A DNA stretch of 64,000 bases, taken from the NCBI GenBank assembly GCA_963844785.1, contig CAWJPV010000004.1:191534-255533 (forward strand), in the 5' to 3' direction. The DNA comes from an uncultured Acidobacteriaceae bacterium. GTDB lineage: Bacteria > Acidobacteriota > Terriglobia > Terriglobales > Acidobacteriaceae. The notes below the pieces were generated by a model. The model saw only the letters and a list, made by a program, of their open reading frames with translations. It made no database searches and was not told where the DNA came from. How positions within the stretch are numbered: the stretch's first letter is position 1; each line of letters begins with the position of its first letter. The translations under genes were made by a program, and so were the position numbers. Shown in pieces: positions 60,772 to 64,000 of the stretch.

Positions 60772-62919
60772 CTACGATTCGTCGTCTGCGTGAACGTGTT
60801 TATGGGCGGAGGCGATTACCTTCTCCGCCGAGGCTGGGGGAACCACATCGTAGCGAGCCATCTCCATGTGGAAACTGCCCATTCCCTGGGTGAGGGAGGT
60901 GAGCGTCGCACCGTAGGTGAGCATCTCGGCCATCGGGACTTCGGCCCGGATCACCGTCGTGCCCCGGCCGCTGCCCATCCCTTGAACGCGGCCCCGCCTT
61001 CCCGTCAGGTCGCCCATCAAAACACCGGTACAAGCCTCCGGTGCCTCAATCTCCACCCGCATCAGGGGTTCCAGCAGTACAGGCCTGGACTGCTCCATGC
61101 AGTTGCGGAAGGCAAGCCGCCCGGCCAGCCGGAAGGAGAGCTCATTCGAGTCCACATCGTGGTAGCTTCCGTCAAAAAGCACAGCGCGGAAATCGACCAT
61201 GGGAAAGCCGGCCAGCCAGCCCCGCGCCGCTGCTTCCTGGATGCCTTTCTCTACCGCCGGAATAAAGGTGCGCGGAATCGCCCCGCCGAAAATCTCGTTG
61301 ACGAACTGGAACCCCCCGCCCAGGGGCAGCGGTTCCAGGCGGACCCAGCAGTCGCCAAACTGCCCGTGGCCACCGCTCTGCTTCTTATGCCTGCCCTGGG
61401 CGCTGGCTCCGGCGCGGATCGTTTCCCGGTACGGCACCTTGGGCGCCTTGAGCGTCACCTCGGTGTGGTACCGGCGGCGCAGCCGTTGCACGATGGACTC
61501 GATATGGGGTTGGCCCGAGCCCGCCAACAGGAATTCATGGGTCGCGGCGTCCCGATAGAAGCGGACCATCAGATCCTCCTCCATCAACTTGTGGACCGCC
61601 GGCGCCAGTTTATCTTCATCGGCCCGCGTTTTAGGCTCAATAGCATAGGTGACGGCGGGCTCGGGCATGGTCACCGGGTCAAAGTAAATTTCATGCCCCG
61701 CATCCCCCAGCGTGTCGCCGGTAAAGGTCTCGCGCAGTTTGGCCACGGCGCCCACATCGCCGGCATGCAACTCTCCGATGGGACTTGCCGTACGCCCCTG
61801 CATCACCGTCAGGTGGGCCAGGCGCTCCGCGCTGTGGTGGGTGTAATTGGTGACCGTGGCATCGCTTTTGGCGATTCCGGAAAAGACCTTAAAGAAAGAA
61901 ATCCTTCCCGCGAAGGGATCGGACATGGTCTTGAAGACGTACAACGACAGCGGCTCGCGATCATCCACCTTGCGCAGCACCATCTCGGCTTCGGAATCGG
62001 GACGAACACCGGCGGATTCCACCGCGCCCCGGGCAGCCACCGGGACCCGCTCCACCGGCGACGGCGCGTACACCTGGAGAAAATCCAGCAGGTGATCGCT
62101 GCCCACGTTCCTCAGACCGCTGGCAAAAAGCACAGGAAAGATCCGGTCCTCGCGGATGGCCTCATGCAGGGCGACGATCAAGTGTTCTTCCGGGATGGTT
62201 CCTTCGCGGAAGTACTCTTCCATCAATTCGTCCTTGCCTTCGGCTACCAGCTCCACCAGGGCCTGGTGGGCCTCCGTGGCCTCTTCGCGCAGGCGTACCG
62301 GGATCTCGGAAAGGCGGCCACACCCGCTGCCGTCGGGTTCGTACACGAAGGCCTGCATGGTCACCAGGTCCACGACGCCGCGGAAGGTGGGATTTTGTCC
62401 GTTGCCCTCAAGAATGGGTAGCTGCACCGGAACCACCTGGCGGCCAAAACCTTCGCGCAATGCGTTCAGGGTTCGTTCGCGGTCGGCGCGAGGATGGTCC
62501 ATCTGGTTGATGACGATTACCCGGGGCAGGTTGAACTCTTCGCCGAACCTCCACACCCGCCGGGTCATGGCTTCCACCCCGCAGGCTGCGTTCACCACCA
62601 GCAACGCCGCCTCCACCGGGAGCAGCGCCGCGCGCGCCTCGTGCACAAACATGGGAAAGCCAGGGGTGTCTAGAAAATTGATCTTTACGTTGCGCCACTC
62701 GGCAAATGCCAACGCATTCTGCATGGTGGTCCGCCGCGCTACATCCTCTTCGTCATAGGCGGTTACCGCGCTGCCGTCATCCACCCGGCCCAACCTTTCG
62801 GTCATCTTGGCTGCCTGAAGCAGTGCGGAGATCAGGGTGGTTTTGCCGCTGTGCGCATGACCCACGAGGGCGACGTTACGAATGTCCTGGCCCTGATAGG
62901 TTTTCAATGAACGATTCAT
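60772..62919 (-). CDS. Elongation factor G paralogue (EF-G II-like) with divergent GTPase motifs
   Basis: 715-aa ORF with full EF-G domain order. G1 GHAHSGKT. G3 DTPGF (canonical DTPGH). G4 NQMD (canonical NKMD). Not in an rpsL-rpsG-fusA context. Confidence 0.85.
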   Translation of the reverse strand: MNRSLKTYQGQDIRNVALVGHAHSGKTTLISALLQAAKMTERLGRVDDGSAVTAYDEEDVARRTTMQNALAFAEWRNVKINFLDTPGFPMFVHEARAALLPVEAALLVVNAACGVEAMTRRVWRFGEEFNLPRVIVINQMDHPRADRERTLNALREGFGRQVVPVQLPILEGNGQNPTFRGVVDLVTMQAFVYEPDGSGCGRLSEIPVRLREEATEAHQALVELVAEGKDELMEEYFREGTIPEEHLIVALHEAIREDRIFPVLFASGLRNVGSDHLLDFLQVYAPSPVERVPVAARGAVESAGVRPDSEAEMVLRKVDDREPLSLYVFKTMSDPFAGRISFFKVFSGIAKSDATVTNYTHHSAERLAHLTVMQGRTASPIGELHAGDVGAVAKLRETFTGDTLGDAGHEIYFDPVTMPEPAVTYAIEPKTRADEDKLAPAVHKLMEEDLMVRFYRDAATHEFLLAGSGQPHIESIVQRLRRRYHTEVTLKAPKVPYRETIRAGASAQGRHKKQSGGHGQFGDCWVRLEPLPLGGGFQFVNEIFGGAIPRTFIPAVEKGIQEAAARGWLAGFPMVDFRAVLFDGSYHDVDSNELSFRLAGRLAFRNCMEQSRPVLLEPLMRVEIEAPEACTGVLMGDLTGRRGRVQGMGSGRGTTVIRAEVPMAEMLTYGATLTSLTQGMGSFHMEMARYDVVPPASAEKVIASAHKHVHADDES

Positions 62920-63062
62920 CCCAGGTATCTCCAGTTCTCAGGATTCGGAGTCCCGTTTCGGAGTCTTGGAGCGGTCCGTGCGCGCTGGGGAGCGCGTTGC
63001 CATGCACGCGGGCGGCCTACTTCGTTTGCGGGAACCGAGTGTAGCACAAGCGCAGCGTGGAC

Positions 63063-63260
63063 CTACTTCTGCTCCAGCTCCGCACGCTGGCGGCGCAGAT
63101 TCCAGGCAAAGATTCCGATCCGCAACAGCAAGATAAATAGCAGGGCTATCGCCAGGGCCGCCGACTGGCCGTGTACTCCGCGGCGCAATAAAAAACCTAA
63201 TGCTCCCAGGACGGCGATCACGAATACAACGAAAGTTACCCACTCCGCGCGATTTTTCAT
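63063..63260 (-). CDS. Small two-TM membrane protein
   Basis: 65-aa ORF. Strong SD AAGGAAG 5 nt upstream. Starts 1 nt after the upstream ORF stop. Confidence 0.55.
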   Translation of the reverse strand: MKNRAEWVTFVVFVIAVLGALGFLLRRGVHGQSAALAIALLFILLLRIGIFAWNLRRQRAELEQK

Positions 63261-63261
63261 A

Positions 63262-63531
63262 TCACTTCCTTAGTCTCTGCCTGCTCCGCGACAGCCGGAC
63301 GAAGATCACAATAGCCAGCCCGGCAAAGACCCCCATCGCCAGCATCGAGCTCAACTGAAAGCTAAAAAGCACGGCGCCGGCGTTCGCTCCATGGCTGCGC
63401 GACAGCAGCGCTTCCAGCAAGACAAAAACACAAAAACTGATCGCACCCGCCCCCGCCAGGCTGAGTACGATCTTCAAGGTCGCGTTACCCATCCCCCACC
63501 GGAAGCCTGCATCATATCGCATCCAGGCCAC
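63262..63531 (-). CDS. Small membrane protein (76-89 aa)
   Basis: GTG at 63531, or ATG at 63492 preceded by GGTGGGGG. Two to three hydrophobic segments. Confidence 0.45.
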   Translation of the reverse strand: MAWMRYDAGFRWGMGNATLKIVLSLAGAGAISFCVFVLLEALLSRSHGANAGAVLFSFQLSSMLAMGVFAGLAIVIFVRLSRSRQRLRK

Positions 63532-63589
63532 CGCCTACCCATTACAATGGAGAGGATTGAAGGTATGAAGAGTGAAGGGCAAAGGAACC

Positions 63590-64000
63590 ATGGACGCTAT
63601 TCCATCAACGCCTCCGGCGATAACTCCAAACACTTACCCAAAAATCGGGCTCCGCATGGCCGCCCTGCTCTTGCTCAGCGTCGTCACCTCCGGGGCTCAT
63701 TTTGCCCGTGCGCAGTCCACCACCGTGCATGATCCGGCGGCCCTCAAACCTCCGCCTGGCGCCCGCGTGGCGATCGTCGAGTTTGAGGATATGGAGTGTC
63801 CTGACTGTGCCCGCGCCAATCCTCTCTTACACGACGCCGCGACCCAATACCATATTCCCTGGGTGCGTCACGATTTTCCCTTGCCCTTCCACGCCTGGAG
63901 TTTTGATGCCGCGGTGTACGCGCGTTGGTTTGACACCAAATCGAAAAAGCTTGGCGATGATTTTCGTGATGCGGTCTTTGCCAACCAGCAACTGATTGAT
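63590..64000 (+). CDS. DsbA-family thiol:disulfide oxidoreductase, 3'-truncated by the window edge
   Basis: Not in the ORF track (no stop in the window). Hand translation contains signal peptide MAALLLLSVVTSGAHFARA (alternative ATG at 63656) and thioredoxin motif FEDMECPDCARA. Open to position 64000. Confidence 0.7.
   Translation, partial: MDAIPSTPPAITPNTYPKIGLRMAALLLLSVVTSGAHFARAQSTTVHDPAALKPPPGARVAIVEFEDMECPDCARANPLLHDAATQYHIPWVRHDFPLPFHAWSFDAAVYARWFDTKSKKLGDDFRDAVFANQQLID

Overview
This 64-kb window is a high-GC chromosomal segment. The gene content and dense small palindromic repeats look like a soil Gram-negative such as an Acidobacteriota member, but that taxon is only an impression. 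I support about 57 protein-coding genes and found no rRNA, tRNA, CRISPR array, transposase or integrase. All product calls come from reading motifs in the supplied translations; no database search was run. Most genes are housekeeping: mnmG, glyA, prfA-prmC, clpB, gyrB, rpmA-rplU, rpmB, msrB-ridA, relA/spoT, uvrD, hslVU, an ATP-dependent DNA ligase and an rRNA methyltransferase. Three clusters stand out. (1) An L-arabinose operon on the minus strand (8.4-14.2 kb) uses a FucI-family isomerase. (2) An Anbu-type cluster (14.6-20.5 kb) has transglutaminase, circularly permuted ATP-grasp, alpha-E and transglutaminase genes, with a divergently transcribed proteasome-like peptidase. It lies about 0.5 kb from hslVU. 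(3) Almost every intergenic gap holds REP/MITE-like hairpin repeats of at least five families; two families show compensatory stem changes. The most checkable anomaly is hslV: it is split by a 1-nt frameshift in a G-run, and its catalytic Thr is preceded by a 34-residue extension. Other leads are an EF-G paralogue with degenerate GTPase motifs, a 56-aa signal-peptide ORF with its own terminator, a 51-aa very basic ORF after uvrD, a 16-nt tandem repeat, and a 135-aa orphan at the tail of the Anbu cluster. I did not find an unambiguous new multi-gene system. The Anbu cluster with its orphan is the best candidate.
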